Shown in pieces: positions 46,038-56,740 of a DNA stretch of 64,000 nucleotides. Position 1 is the first letter of the stretch, and every line of letters begins with the position of its first letter. Source of the stretch: Candidatus Berkelbacteria bacterium (GTDB lineage Bacteria; Patescibacteriota; UBA1384; JACPKC01); NCBI GenBank assembly GCA_016198415.1, contig JACQIO010000016.1, forward strand, positions 6,084 to 70,083, in the 5' to 3' direction. The notes under the pieces are model-generated. The model saw nothing but the letters and a program-made list of their open reading frames with translations, was not told where the DNA came from and searched no databases. The position numbers were made by a program, and so were the translations under genes.

Positions 46038-47129
46038 CTAGCGTTTTGACCTCCGATAGCCAGCTGTCACGGCCTCGGGCTCGGTGGCGAAGCAGGCCTC
46101 CGGCTTGGTCCGCTCGTAGAACTCGCCGCCCGGGACGTGGTAGATCATCGACTGGGCGTTCCCTTTGATTGCACGATCCAGTGGGCAGTCTGTGGTTGCG
46201 GCTTGGGGAATCGCCTCGTTGTAGTCGGGACGATTGGTCGATCCTGATGGTGTCGAGGAGGTGGTCGGCGCGTCCTCGCAGGCACCCCAGAGTCCTCTCC
46301 CCTCCTCCCGGGCCTCGGCCGCAAGCTCGGCAAAGTGATCGGCAAACCGGACGTTCGGCGGGATGGTCAGCGTGCTTGCAAACCCCTCAGCCACCAGGAC
46401 CTCGTTCACGAACGTTTTGCCCACCGTCACGTACGCGAGCGTCCGCCCATACTTATCGAACGGCTCGACGTCCCGCTCCAGCCTCACTCGCTGGCCGTCG
46501 ACGAGCTCTCGGTTTCGCTCTACTGCGGCCTGCCCATAGCAGTCATTCTTGCCGAGCGTGGTCTCCGGCGTGTCGATCCCAATGTAACGGACCCGTTCCC
46601 CTCCCTCGACCTCAATCGTGTCCCCGTCAATCACGCTCGTGACCAAGACCCCTTCCAATCCAACCCCCGGGGTTGGATGGTTGGCCGAGATGCTTGGCGA
46701 ATCATCAATCAGCGGGTCCGCATCGTCGCTCTCCTGGTTAGCATTGGCCGGAATCCCAAAGAGCTGTTGAGTAGATGGAGTTGGCGTGCCCACGATTACC
46801 GGCGTGGCTAGCCCTTGCGCCGAGGTCCCCAAGTCTCCAAGCGGTGTCGAAGCGTTCTCGCTGCGCTGTGGTGTCGCCGGCGATGCTGGTCTTACTGGTA
46901 CTCGGCTCGATACAGGGTCATCGGTGGTCGGACGGATCTCCCCTTGGATACCTGCCTGCGGGCGGGGCAGGCTTGACAAGTGGCGAGGGGGAAGTGTCTG
47001 GTCAGTGTTCGCATGAGTCGACTGAATCTGAGGCCGTCCCTCGCTGACGGGCAGGTCTTGCCGTCCAAGCCAGACAAGGCCGACGATCACAATCAGCCCC
47101 ATCCCCCATCGCCATGGCTTGGTACGCAT
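46038..47129 (-). CDS. Membrane-anchored thermonuclease (SNase-like) with Pro/Ser/Thr linker and C-terminal Cys-containing conserved domain
   Basis: SNase core (VTSVIDGDTIEVEGGERVRYIGIDTPETT...YGRTLAYV). C-terminal CPLDRAIKGNAQSMIYHVPGGEFYERTKPEACF. Confidence 0.8.
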   Translation of the reverse strand: MRTKPWRWGMGLIVIVGLVWLGRQDLPVSEGRPQIQSTHANTDQTLPPRHLSSLPRPQAGIQGEIRPTTDDPVSSRVPVRPASPATPQRSENASTPLGDLGTSAQGLATPVIVGTPTPSTQQLFGIPANANQESDDADPLIDDSPSISANHPTPGVGLEGVLVTSVIDGDTIEVEGGERVRYIGIDTPETTLGKNDCYGQAAVERNRELVDGQRVRLERDVEPFDKYGRTLAYVTVGKTFVNEVLVAEGFASTLTIPPNVRFADHFAELAAEAREEGRGLWGACEDAPTTSSTPSGSTNRPDYNEAIPQAATTDCPLDRAIKGNAQSMIYHVPGGEFYERTKPEACFATEPEAVTAGYRRSKR

Positions 47130-47585
47130 TGTTTCACTATACCGGCATCATCGATGCGCAAGACAGAAGTCTCGAGGGAGCGTCCAGAACCAGACGGCCG
47201 TCACGTTATGGACTCTTGCGGCCGCCATTCAATTGTGCGGTCGATCACAAGATCGAACGAACCCGCCTCGGGCGGGGAAACCACTCGTCGAGTGGGATCG
47301 TGGGGAGTGGAAGTCGTTTAGCTTGACGCTCACCTGTCGCCCGTCTTGACACCAGGTTCAGGATGGTGGTACGCTCGCCCGTCTTGCGCTGAGCTGGCGC
47401 GAGACAAATCTCATTGTGGAGTGTGGAACCTTCACAACCCACAGCTCAACCGCCCCGGTGTCATGACCGCCACAAGGCGGTGGATTCACTGCGGCACCAC
47501 CACCGGCAGGAAGTTCGCTGGCCGGCCTTTCGAGCGGTGCTCAAGGTTGGTCCGCGTCCAGGCCTGTCGTTAGGAGGATGAAAGG

Positions 47586-48602
47586 ATGCGTAAGGAGAAA
47601 GAAACGACGCAGCCGACTTGCGAGTGCTGCGTCGAGCACCGAAAGGTGCTTGGAGATCTCACCTGGAGGCGCTCGATGCTTGCGATCGTGCTGATTGGCT
47701 TCCTGGCATTGGGTGTCACCCTGATCTCAAACATGACAAGCGACACCAACGAACCTGAAGAGCTGATAGGGTTCGTCCTGACTCTCGTGGGCCTGGTCTG
47801 GGGTTTCGTATCGGCGCTGATCAGCCTCGCAACTGTGCGCACCCACTTCCTGTTCGAGGACGAGACCGGCTTGGTCCACGTTCACGACGAGGAGCCCGTG
47901 CTGATCAAGGTCTTCAACGAGGGCTCCAGGGAGTACCTGATCCGGATCACGCGCGCTATCCCGACGAACGACGTGAAGGTTATGGCGCAACTTGCCAAGT
48001 TCTTTGAGCTTCCGCCGGGTGTCCTACGGATTCGCGGACCAATCGTCAAGGTGACCCACGAGGTTCTTCGAGGGACCGGAGGTGGTTTCCTGGGCGATCT
48101 CAGCTGGGAAGTGAAGGGATGCAACCTGGTTGCTGACAACGACCTGTTTATTCGCTTCCAGCGTTGTGATGAACGAGGCGGGGTTGAGGTCTCGTTCGAC
48201 CACGTGTTCCGATTCTTCGTCCTTGCCAAGGGAAGGCCAGGGCAGGTTGGGAGCGTTGAGAATCTACTACGGCTGGCGATGCGATCAAGCATGAACCATG
48301 AAGCGGCCGAGGCAAGCAGAGAGGAGGCCGCCAAGCTCCGCGCTGCTTGCCAGGCCTTGAGCCAGGGATTCAGCGACGCCGTCTCGGTTCTTGTTCGTGG
48401 AGAGGAGCGGAGTCAGGTTTGCGCCAAGGCGCGGGATGCTCTGGTGATGGCCATGGCCAACGCTGCCACCGATCTCGGTGACCAGTCGATGTTCGTGAGC
48501 TTCGGGCGGGCGCTCCAAAAGGCTCGAGGTGAGATCGAGTCTGCCAAAGCAGGACGCCGAGGCAAGAGAAAGAAGGGGACCGAGCCGTCGCCGGCCTCGT
48601 GA
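47586..48602 (+). CDS. Hypothetical membrane protein (2 TM) with C-terminal Lys/Arg tail
   Basis: 338 aa. N-terminal CECCVEH. Slightly lower GC than neighbours. Confidence 0.6.
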   Translation: MRKEKETTQPTCECCVEHRKVLGDLTWRRSMLAIVLIGFLALGVTLISNMTSDTNEPEELIGFVLTLVGLVWGFVSALISLATVRTHFLFEDETGLVHVHDEEPVLIKVFNEGSREYLIRITRAIPTNDVKVMAQLAKFFELPPGVLRIRGPIVKVTHEVLRGTGGGFLGDLSWEVKGCNLVADNDLFIRFQRCDERGGVEVSFDHVFRFFVLAKGRPGQVGSVENLLRLAMRSSMNHEAAEASREEAAKLRAACQALSQGFSDAVSVLVRGEERSQVCAKARDALVMAMANAATDLGDQSMFVSFGRALQKARGEIESAKAGRRGKRKKGTEPSPAS

Positions 48603-48649
48603 CGGCATAAGATAGATCGCTACCGCGGCCAGGAGCTGCGGGGCACGCA

Positions 48650-48690
48650 CAGGACCACCTGGAAACGGGTGGTCCTGTCTCGTTGCTGTA
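48650..48690 (+). terminator. Intrinsic terminator CAGGACCACC-tggaaac-GGGTGGTCCTG + TCTCGTTGCTGT
   Basis: Perfect 10-bp stem after stop of 47586..48602. Confidence 0.5.
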
Positions 48691-48756
48691 CTTGTCATTG
48701 GTTCAGCAGGCCGCGCCCCCTCCACTCCCGGAGTGTCCCGGCGCGGATTAGAGCTC

Positions 48757-49089
48757 CTACCCGAGCAGTTTCTCGAGATGTCCCGTCAGTTCGGACTTAT
48801 CCACGAGGCCGACGGTCTGGCCGGCCGGCTTGCCGCCCTTAAAGTAGATCGTCGTCGGAATGCTCATGACGCCAAAGCGCATCGAGATCGGCGACTCCTC
48901 ATCCACGTTCACCTTGAAAAAGTTGATTCGGTCCTGGTACTCGGCCACCACCTCGTTCCACATTGGCTCCATGGCCTTACACGGTCCACACCAGACGGCC
49001 CAGAAGTCAACAACGACCGGCCGCGTCTTGGATCCTTCAATCACCTTCTGGTCAAACGTAGCCTGGGTGAGGTCTTGGGCGTCGCTCAT
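48757..49089 (-). CDS. trxA: Thioredoxin
   Basis: WCGPC active site. 110 aa. Confidence 0.9.
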   Translation of the reverse strand: MSDAQDLTQATFDQKVIEGSKTRPVVVDFWAVWCGPCKAMEPMWNEVVAEYQDRINFFKVNVDEESPISMRFGVMSIPTTIYFKGGKPAGQTVGLVDKSELTGHLEKLLG

Positions 49090-49143
49090 ACGTCTCCTTT
49101 GCTCCGTTCGATCCTGCTCCAGTATTCGGAGGCGGTCAAGGGC

Positions 49144-49200
49144 GGTGAAAGGTGAAACGTGAATCGTGAAAGGACAGACCTTTCGCGTTTCACCTGTCTG
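49144..49200. repeat. GTGAAAG/C heptad-repeat hairpin element, copy 4 (between trxA and nrdJ)
   Basis: GGTGAAAGGTGAAACGTGAATCGTGAAAGG - acagac - CTTTCGCGTTTCACC. Confidence 0.6.
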
Positions 49201-49211
49201 GATTCACTAGA

Positions 49212-51890
49212 CTACGCACACTTGCTGTAGCCGCAGCTGGTGCAGTCCATGCAGCCTTCGCGGAAGGTCAGGGTGCCACCACAGTTGGGACAGGCGGGGG
49301 CGTGACCCAGGTCGGCCAGCCGCACCTTCTCGGCGGTGGCAACGGCCGTTCCCCCACTCGCTAACTGAGCGCCCGTGCCATCGGCGGTGGCGCGGACCGG
49401 TGGAATACCGGGTGCGCCAGCCAAGACGTCGCCTGGCCCTGTCACCAGTGGCGGCTCACTTGTCCCGTCTTTGAACTCGAGCGCTAACTCACCCTGGCCG
49501 CGTTGAATGTGGCGGGTCAAGACCTGGGCGATCGCATCTGGGACGGAGAGGACCATCCCATTCTCGGTCCAGAGCGGACTCGGTCCCCGGATTCCCTTCA
49601 GTTCATCGATGACCTCCTCAATCTTGACGCCCGCTCGGAGCGCCAGTGAGGCCAGGCGTGAAATCGCCTCGGTCTTGGCGGCAAAGAAGCCGCCGGTCTT
49701 GCCGAGCGCCGTGAAGAGCTCAAAGGGTTGGCCTTGCTCGTCATCGTTGACGGTCAGGTACATGCTCCCGTAGGCCGTTGGGACCTTGTAGGTAGTCCCG
49801 CGCATGGTGTCCGGACGCTTCCGAGGCGTGATGCCCACCGCCGTGGCCAGGGCGCTGGCGGCGCTCCCCTGCCCCTGCTTGGCCAGGGCATTGGAGTCGT
49901 TCGATTCGGTCAAGTTGAGGACCTGGACATCGCGTGAACCATCGCGGTAGACCGTGCCCCCCTTGCAGCCGAGGTCGTACATGAGCCGGTAGAGCTCCCC
50001 CACTTGCTCGCGGGTGTAGTCGTTCGGGACGTTGCAGGTCTTGGAAATCGATGAGTCAATCCAGCGTTGAATAGCGGCCTGGACGCCGATGTGCTCTTCC
50101 GGCGCCAAGTCCATCGCCGTCACAAAGTAGTCCGGCTTCTCCTGTCCGGGGTGGGTGGCCTGCCAGCGCTCGTAGACCTCGACGGTCTCCTCATGCATGC
50201 CCAGGCGGGACTTGCGCTGGTACGTCCAGTAGTAGAAGGGTTCAATGCCGGTGGAGGTACCGACCATCGTGCCGATGGTCCCATTGGGTGCCTGGGTATT
50301 GAGGGTGACGTTGCGGAGGCCGCGCTCCTTGATGGTGGCCCGGATCTCCTCCGGGAGCGTCTGAATGAACCCAGTCTTCAGGTGCTTGGCGGCCTTGAAC
50401 TGCGGGAAGCTGCCCTTCTCAGCTGCCAGCTCCGTGCTCATTCGGTAGGACTCGACCGTGAAGAACTCGTAGAGCGCATCGATGAACTGATTCCCCTCGG
50501 GGCTTCCGTAGCGGATGCCGAGGTTGATCATCATCTCGGCCAGGCCCATGGTGTTCAGGCCAACCCGCCGCTCAGAGAGCTGCTGCTTACGATTCTCCTC
50601 AAAGAAGTACGGCGTGGCGTCAATGACGTTATCGAGGAATCGGGTGGCGGCGCGGATGGTCTGGCGGAGCTCGTCCCACTTGACGCCCTGGATCGCTTCC
50701 TCGGTGGTGTGGGCGGTCTGGGCCTGGTACTCGTCCTTGACGAACTTGGCAAAGTTGACGGCCCCCAAATTACAGACGCCCCACTCCGGCAGGCCTTGCT
50801 CCCCGCACGGGTTGGTGCAGAGGATCGGGGCAAAGTAGGCCGACGGGCTCATCGCGTTGTAGCGATCCATGAAGAAGAGGCCGGGCTCGGCGCTTGCCCA
50901 GGCCGAGTCGATCATCTGCTCCCAGAGCTCCTTGGCGCGGATCGTTCGATAGACCTTGACCTTCTTCCCCGCTGCCTTCCATGTGTCTAGGTTGCCGTCC
51001 CACGCCTCGTCGTAGTCAGGATCGTCTCGATCCGGGAAGACCAGCTGCCACTCCTTGTCCTCCCGGGCGGCTGTCATGAAGTCGTCCGTGATGCCGACGG
51101 AGATGTTGGCGTTCGTGATCTTGCCCATCTTGGTCTTGGAGACAATGAAGTCTTCGATGTCCGGATGCCAGACGTTCAGGATGAGCATGAGGGCACCCCG
51201 GCGGGAGCCGCCCTGCTCAATGAGGCCGGTGGCGAAGCTGTAGAGGCTGCCCCAGCTGACGGCACCGGAGCTCCGGCCGTTGACGCCTTTGACGTGGTCG
51301 TACCGAGGCCGGAGACTGGAGAGGTTGATGCCCACCCCGCCACCTCGGGAGAAGACCTCGTTCATACTTCGGAGGACGTCGATGATCCCGTCGCGGGAGT
51401 CGCGCGGGCTCGGCAGGACGTAGCAGTTGTAGTACGTCAGGGCTTGCTTGGTGCCGCCACCAGCCAGAATCCGGCCACCCGGGATGAACTTCCAGTCGGT
51501 CAGGGCCGCCCGAAACTCGGCCTCCCAGAACTTCCTGAGCTTTTGGGTTGGCTCAACCGCGGCCATCCCCTTGGCGAGCCGGGCATGCATCTGGGCTGGA
51601 TCGGTTTCCACCGGCCGGTCGACGTGTTCGTCGGTCCGCATCACCTCAGAGCCATCAACGCGGAGCCGAACGGTGATCTGCTCATCCGCAATCTTGGTGA
51701 TCGTCCCAATTTCCCGCTGGCTCGTTTCCAGGTTGGTACAGACCACCACCGTGTCTCCCACCTCCATCGCACCCTTGCGGCGGTCCTTGGTGGCGTAGCG
51801 GTCCAGGAAGATTTTGTAGCCGATCTCGTTCAGGGCGTTGACGGTGGCGGTCTTGGGATCGTAGTTGGTGGTGGCAACGTTGGTGGCCAT
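49212..51890 (-). CDS. nrdJ: Class II (adenosylcobalamin-dependent) ribonucleotide reductase NrdJ with C-terminal zinc ribbon
   Basis: TNPCGEQ active-site Cys, radical-transfer region, C-terminal CPNCGG...CMDCTSCGYSKCA. Start set at ATG after SD GAGGAGGG (ORF track starts at TTG inside the repeat). Confidence 0.9.
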   Translation of the reverse strand: MATNVATTNYDPKTATVNALNEIGYKIFLDRYATKDRRKGAMEVGDTVVVCTNLETSQREIGTITKIADEQITVRLRVDGSEVMRTDEHVDRPVETDPAQMHARLAKGMAAVEPTQKLRKFWEAEFRAALTDWKFIPGGRILAGGGTKQALTYYNCYVLPSPRDSRDGIIDVLRSMNEVFSRGGGVGINLSSLRPRYDHVKGVNGRSSGAVSWGSLYSFATGLIEQGGSRRGALMLILNVWHPDIEDFIVSKTKMGKITNANISVGITDDFMTAAREDKEWQLVFPDRDDPDYDEAWDGNLDTWKAAGKKVKVYRTIRAKELWEQMIDSAWASAEPGLFFMDRYNAMSPSAYFAPILCTNPCGEQGLPEWGVCNLGAVNFAKFVKDEYQAQTAHTTEEAIQGVKWDELRQTIRAATRFLDNVIDATPYFFEENRKQQLSERRVGLNTMGLAEMMINLGIRYGSPEGNQFIDALYEFFTVESYRMSTELAAEKGSFPQFKAAKHLKTGFIQTLPEEIRATIKERGLRNVTLNTQAPNGTIGTMVGTSTGIEPFYYWTYQRKSRLGMHEETVEVYERWQATHPGQEKPDYFVTAMDLAPEEHIGVQAAIQRWIDSSISKTCNVPNDYTREQVGELYRLMYDLGCKGGTVYRDGSRDVQVLNLTESNDSNALAKQGQGSAASALATAVGITPRKRPDTMRGTTYKVPTAYGSMYLTVNDDEQGQPFELFTALGKTGGFFAAKTEAISRLASLALRAGVKIEEVIDELKGIRGPSPLWTENGMVLSVPDAIAQVLTRHIQRGQGELALEFKDGTSEPPLVTGPGDVLAGAPGIPPVRATADGTGAQLASGGTAVATAEKVRLADLGHAPACPNCGGTLTFREGCMDCTSCGYSKCA

Positions 51891-51900
51891 GACCCTCCTC

Positions 51901-51963
51901 ATGAATGGTGAAAGGTGAATGGTGAAAGGTGAAACGCCCAAACCTTACGTGTCACGCTTCACC
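51901..51963. repeat. GTGAAAG/C heptad-repeat hairpin element, copy 5 (between nrdR and nrdJ; supplies nrdR stop and nrdJ RBS region)
   Basis: ATGAATGGTGAAAGGTGAATGGTGAAAGGTGAAACG - cccaaacc - TTACGTGTCACGCTTCACC. Confidence 0.6.
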
Positions 51964-52433
51964 TCGATCCTTTCCCCCTCTTTCTGTTGGTCAGCGAGGA
52001 TCTTACCGAGTTCCGTTTCAAAGGCCTCCAGGTCCTCAAAGGATCGGTAGACCGAGGCAAAGCGCAGGTAGGCAATCGGGTCGAGCTGCTTCAAGTGGCC
52101 CAGGACTTGTTGACCGATCTGCTCCGAGCTGACCTCGTCTTTGCAGGTGGCGTAGAGATCGCGTTCGATGGCATCCACCAGCTGCTCGGCGTGCTCGGCC
52201 ACGGCTGACCGCTTCTCCCCAGCCTGGTGAATGCCCGCCAAGAGCTTCTCCTTAGAGAAGGGCTCGCGCCGGCCGTCCCGTTTGACCACCATGAGATTCA
52301 GGACTTCAATCCGCTCAAACGTGGTGAAGCGGAACTGGCAGGCCATGCACTCGCGCCGACGGCGAATCGCTTGCTCGTCTTCGCGCGAGTCAATCACTCG
52401 AGTCTCGCCCTTATTGCAGTGCGGACAAACCAT
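51945..52433 (-). CDS. nrdR: Transcriptional repressor NrdR
   Basis: Zn ribbon MVCPHC...CMAC plus ATP-cone. About 15-aa C-terminal extension ending VKRDT encoded by the repeat. Confidence 0.9.
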   Translation of the reverse strand: MVCPHCNKGETRVIDSREDEQAIRRRRECMACQFRFTTFERIEVLNLMVVKRDGRREPFSKEKLLAGIHQAGEKRSAVAEHAEQLVDAIERDLYATCKDEVSSEQIGQQVLGHLKQLDPIAYLRFASVYRSFEDLEAFETELGKILADQQKEGERIEVKRDT

Positions 52434-52606
52434 ACTGGCTCCTTGGCCGGGAAAAAGAACAGGTTGGGTAAAACCCAACATCTTGTGTTCCCTCACTTAG
52501 TCTAGGCACTAGATCTTGTGGTGCAAGTGGACAAGCTGGGGATAATCTGCTGTACTCCACCCAGGTTTTGAACCTGAAGTATCTGAGGATGAAAGGAGGG
52601 AGGCAG

Positions 52607-53629
52607 ATGAGCCTCGCACCATTGATTGAGCGGCAGGTCGAGGCCGAGGCTGAGCACCGCCTGCTGTTCCAGCGGCTCGATCACGCCCGGACCGTAACGC
52701 TCCGCGAACTGCTGACCGATGCTGCGGCTCCAGAGCGGCTTCAGGCTCCGTGGCTGAACCTTGCAGTCATCCAAACTCGTTTTGGTCGTGCTACTGAGTG
52801 GCTGCATCAACATCAGGGAGTTGGCCGGGTGCGTGGCTGGCAGCACCTGGGCCCGGTCTTCTTCCAAGCCAGTCCCCTCGCTGAGGACGAGGCGGAGCAC
52901 AGCCGTCGGCTGGCTGACCCGTATGGGTTCTGCTACGCCGAGCGCTTTCAGGATTTACCGGCTCAAGCTGCGTACTTGGTGACCAACTACGGGAGTACGC
53001 CCGTTGGTATGGAGGAAGGATGGCAGCGTGGCTGGACCCTCTGGCCGCTCTCGGGCTTTAGTTCGCTGCTCTGCTTTGGAGGCGATGCAGTGTGGCGGGA
53101 GTACTTCCGCTCAAGACGGACGGCGGTTGGGAATCGCGTGCCGGACTGGCCAAGCCTCTTGGGAGTGGGCGGTGCGGTCGCCACTGAGTACCTGGTTCGG
53201 CTCGTGATTCACGATCTCGGACACAGCTTCCTGCCCACCATCGGACCGCTGCGTGAGTCCTACCACAACGTGATGATGCTCCGGGCTGGCGGTGGACCAG
53301 GACTGGTCGATCCCGGCTCGGACTGGGAATCCCTCGTGCTTGCTGAGTGCACGGATCCGTACTTCCCCATGCAGGCAGCCCGCCTCCTGGAATCGTGGCG
53401 CGATCGGATCGGGGAACTCACGCCCGTCCAGCGGTTCCTCCTTAACCTGTGGTCGCGCTGGTACGTGCCAACGTGCTCTAGGCGCCGGCAGCGCTACTGG
53501 GGCTTACGGCCCCGGATGGATGAAGGAGCCTGCTGCCGGCAGGCGGATCGGGTCCTGGATGCGATCGTGGTTGGTGGGTTCGCTGCCTACCATGATCGAG
53601 ATGACAAACGGGTGACACTGAGGAGGTGA
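52607..53629 (+). CDS. Hypothetical protein (Trp/Arg-rich)
   Basis: SD GGAGGGAGG before ATG 52607. No recognisable domain. Confidence 0.55.
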   Translation: MSLAPLIERQVEAEAEHRLLFQRLDHARTVTLRELLTDAAAPERLQAPWLNLAVIQTRFGRATEWLHQHQGVGRVRGWQHLGPVFFQASPLAEDEAEHSRRLADPYGFCYAERFQDLPAQAAYLVTNYGSTPVGMEEGWQRGWTLWPLSGFSSLLCFGGDAVWREYFRSRRTAVGNRVPDWPSLLGVGGAVATEYLVRLVIHDLGHSFLPTIGPLRESYHNVMMLRAGGGPGLVDPGSDWESLVLAECTDPYFPMQAARLLESWRDRIGELTPVQRFLLNLWSRWYVPTCSRRRQRYWGLRPRMDEGACCRQADRVLDAIVVGGFAAYHDRDDKRVTLRR

Positions 53630-53636
53630 GAAAAGG

Positions 53637-53906
53637 ATGGAGGAAATCGAGCACGCGTCAGACGAACAGGTGGCAGCCAAAATGAAGCTTGGGGCCACTC
53701 GGCGTCGCGAGGGCGAGCCGATGGTCTACAAGGTGCCACTGGAGTGGCTCGCGCACCGTGCGCCCCACATGAAGCAGGCGCAGGTCTGGCAGAGTCCGGA
53801 GGGCGAGCTCAAGTTGCGGGGTGATCACCACCAGCGTGGGACGATCACGCCCCTGACGGTGGACAGCATCGAGCACGCGCTCGGGCTGCTCCGCCAGATG
53901 ACGTGA
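53637..53906 (+). CDS. Small hypothetical protein (89 aa)
   Basis: SD GAGGAGGTGAG before ATG. Tightly packed after the previous gene. Confidence 0.5.
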   Translation: MEEIEHASDEQVAAKMKLGATRRREGEPMVYKVPLEWLAHRAPHMKQAQVWQSPEGELKLRGDHHQRGTITPLTVDSIEHALGLLRQMT

Positions 53907-53993
53907 CCAGTGGGCCGGGGATCTTCTTCTCCGGCCCACTCTTTGTCTATGCACGCTCATCACGAGCCCGCACCAGAATGCTATGCTGATCCT

Positions 53994-54575
53994 ATGCCAT
54001 ACAAGCCAAGCGCAATGCTCACACTCGTCCGGCGGGCTCACGGGTCGCAGTCTCGGTCTGGCGGACGCATCCCGTATTGGCATCATTGCGCAGGTGTTGC
54101 GGAACTACTGGCGTGGGCGTTCGAGCGTTCCGGTGAAATACCAGAACCGGTGGCCTACGAAGACTTCCACCTCGCCGCGCTTGGCCACGATCTCTACGAA
54201 GACACTGAGGTAACGCGCGCCGAGATCATTGACGCATTCGGCCCGCGCGTTGACGAACTCATCGAGGCGCTCACCAACCGTCAGGGCGATGATCACCAGG
54301 CCGCGTACCATCGGCAGATCGCTACCGGCCCCGAAGAGGCTCGGCTCATCAAGCTCTGCGATCTCATTGACAACACGCTGAGTGTGGCTGAGGCGCTCCC
54401 CGAGCTTGGTCAGGACTGGGTCAAGAACACCTTCCTACCGATTGTGTCGGGAATGCAAACGGTAGTCCTCGCCGCGACGTACCCAACCTTCCCGGTCACG
54501 GGCAGGGTCCTCGGAGAGCTTCTTGCCTACGTATCCACCCGCCTGGATCACGCCCTCCAGCGGGATGATGCCTAA
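53994..54575 (+). CDS. HD-domain phosphohydrolase (HD_4-like)
   Basis: H...HD...D metal ligands (HHCAGVAELL, ALGHDLYEDT, CDLIDN). Confidence 0.7.
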   Translation: MPYKPSAMLTLVRRAHGSQSRSGGRIPYWHHCAGVAELLAWAFERSGEIPEPVAYEDFHLAALGHDLYEDTEVTRAEIIDAFGPRVDELIEALTNRQGDDHQAAYHRQIATGPEEARLIKLCDLIDNTLSVAEALPELGQDWVKNTFLPIVSGMQTVVLAATYPTFPVTGRVLGELLAYVSTRLDHALQRDDA

Positions 54576-55480
54576 GAGTCCCCGGTGGTTGCGCGGCTCT
54601 CCAGGGTGACGGGAGTGTCGGAACCAGTCTTTGTGGGTTGCACGAGTTGAATCTGCTTGTTTGAGAAGTCCGGATACGGTTCCGGATAGTGGACGACGCG
54701 ATAGGCCTTGAGGTGATCCACGTCGGTCTGGGTGAGTCGTTCGTCGGCAAAGAGTGCCTCGGGGAAGTACGGGACGAGGTCGAGTGTTTGGAAGAGCTCA
54801 ATGAGCGGACGCCAGATCCAGTCTCGCTCCTGCCAGGTGAGGCGGTCGAGGTCGTGGAGGATGATGAGCAAGAGGAGGATGCTCTCGCTCAAGATGGGGA
54901 CGATAATGAGGCTCGTCGTCGTGCCGTCGTTGATGAGGATCAGCCCGGCCCAGAGAATGGCACTCAGGACCAGGAGACTCAGCCAGAGCGCCACCGGCAT
55001 CTCGTCTTGGACGTTGTGCGTCACGCCACTGTGGCCGCGCAGGAGATCGCGCAGCTCGTAGAGCATGTGATCAAGGAGCTGCCGTTGCCGGTCAGTCTTG
55101 ACCTTGAGGGAGAGGATAAAGGCGTTGAGGGCTTGGAGTTCAGGGAGGGTCTTGGTGAAGTCGGTCAGTCGGTAATCGAGCTGGGCCTGGAGGTAGCGAT
55201 CAACATGTCCGAGGTACAGAGCCGCCTCGTCGGCATCGAAGACCTTGGTCAGCTGACGCAAGCTAAAGAGCTGGCCATCCATCTCTCGGAGCGTTGTCCG
55301 GAGGCTGCTCAGTCGGTCGTTCTGCTGGGAGATGGAGAAGCCCAGGAGGATGGCGAAGGTGAACGTGGCAATCGAGAGGAGCGTGTCAAGGACAGGCGAC
55401 TCCACCTTGCCGGGGAGAAGGATGGCGAACGCCAGGAAGATAAGGTAGCCAGCCGTGAGAATCGGTACGTAGCGTCGCAC
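54572..55480 (-). CDS. Hypothetical integral membrane protein (4-5 TM)
   Basis: Hydrophobic helices at both ends, 302 aa. Confidence 0.6.
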   Translation of the reverse strand: MRRYVPILTAGYLIFLAFAILLPGKVESPVLDTLLSIATFTFAILLGFSISQQNDRLSSLRTTLREMDGQLFSLRQLTKVFDADEAALYLGHVDRYLQAQLDYRLTDFTKTLPELQALNAFILSLKVKTDRQRQLLDHMLYELRDLLRGHSGVTHNVQDEMPVALWLSLLVLSAILWAGLILINDGTTTSLIIVPILSESILLLLIILHDLDRLTWQERDWIWRPLIELFQTLDLVPYFPEALFADERLTQTDVDHLKAYRVVHYPEPYPDFSNKQIQLVQPTKTGSDTPVTLESRATTGDS

Positions 55481-55510
55481 TCCCCCTCCTTGCGCAGACC
55501 CCCTGGCGGG

Positions 55511-56722
55511 CTACTTGAGCTTCCGGCGGATGAAGGCCGGGACCTCGAGCTCGTCGTCTTCAACGTGGGGCGAGAGGTCAGCTGGATCGGCTGGACCGGC
55601 TTGCGGGGTGGACTGAGGCTGTGGCTGATACTGGGGATAACTTGGTTGCGGTTGCTCACGGCTGGGGAACCCAAAGCCGCGGCCGGTCAGCGCGCCCAGG
55701 CGGTTGCTCGGCTTGGTGGCCTGGGGCATCGGCTCTGAGGTGGCCTGGGGCTTGGCACCCTGGCGATCTCGAATCTCGTCAAAGCCGGTCGCGATGACCG
55801 TGATCTTCACCTCGCCCGCCATCGCCTCATCAATGATTGAGCCAAAGATAATGTTGGCATCGGTATCGGCAGCTTCGGTGATGGTCTTGGCGGCCTCGTC
55901 GATCTCGTACATCGCCAGGTCCGGTCCACCGGTGATGTTGAAGAGGATCCCCTTGGCGCCCTCAATCGAGAGCTCCAGGAGCGGTGAGTCGATCGCAGCT
56001 CGAGCGGCCTCGACAGCGCGGTTGTCGCCGGTCCCGTACCCAATGCCCATGAGTGCACTGCCAGCATCGGCCATGATGGTCCGGACGTCGGCAAAATCGA
56101 CGTTGATGATGCCGTGGAGCGTGATGAGGTCGGAGATGCCCTGGACGCCCTGGCGGAGGACGTCGTCCACAATCCCAAAGGCATCCATGAGTGAGGTCTT
56201 CTTATCAATGATCTGGAGGAGGCGGTCGTTGGGGATGACGATGAGGGTGTCCACCTTGTCCTTGAGTTCCTGGATCCCCAGCTCGGCCACCTTCTTGCGT
56301 CGAGCCCCTTCAAACGTGAATGGCTTGGTGACCACGCCAACCGTCAGCGCCCCGAGCTCCTTGGCAATCTGGGCCACGAGCGGCGCGGCGCCGGTCCCAG
56401 TGCCACCACCCATGCCACAGGTGGCAAAGACCATGTCGGCACCCTTGAGGACCTCATAGATCTCGTCCTTGTTCTCCTCAGCGGACTTGCGGCCAACTTC
56501 AACATCGGCCCCGGCGCCAAGGCCACCCGTCGTTTCCTTCCCAATCTGGACCTTCGTGGGTGCCTTGTTGTCTAAGAGGGCCTGCGAGTCGGTGTTGATG
56601 GCAATGAACTCAATGCCCTTCACCTTCGCCTCAATCATGCGATTGATGGCGTTACATCCACCACCACCACAGCCAGCGACTTTGATGATGGCAAACGACT
56701 CGATTTCGCTACTCTGGCTCAT
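55511..56722 (-). CDS. ftsZ: Cell division GTPase FtsZ
   Basis: GGGTGTG tubulin signature, NTDSQAL, Pro/Gln-rich C-terminal linker and conserved C-terminal tail. Confidence 0.95.
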   Translation of the reverse strand: MSQSSEIESFAIIKVAGCGGGGCNAINRMIEAKVKGIEFIAINTDSQALLDNKAPTKVQIGKETTGGLGAGADVEVGRKSAEENKDEIYEVLKGADMVFATCGMGGGTGTGAAPLVAQIAKELGALTVGVVTKPFTFEGARRKKVAELGIQELKDKVDTLIVIPNDRLLQIIDKKTSLMDAFGIVDDVLRQGVQGISDLITLHGIINVDFADVRTIMADAGSALMGIGYGTGDNRAVEAARAAIDSPLLELSIEGAKGILFNITGGPDLAMYEIDEAAKTITEAADTDANIIFGSIIDEAMAGEVKITVIATGFDEIRDRQGAKPQATSEPMPQATKPSNRLGALTGRGFGFPSREQPQPSYPQYQPQPQSTPQAGPADPADLSPHVEDDELEVPAFIRRKLK

Positions 56723-56740
56723 CGAGCGCTCTCCTTATCC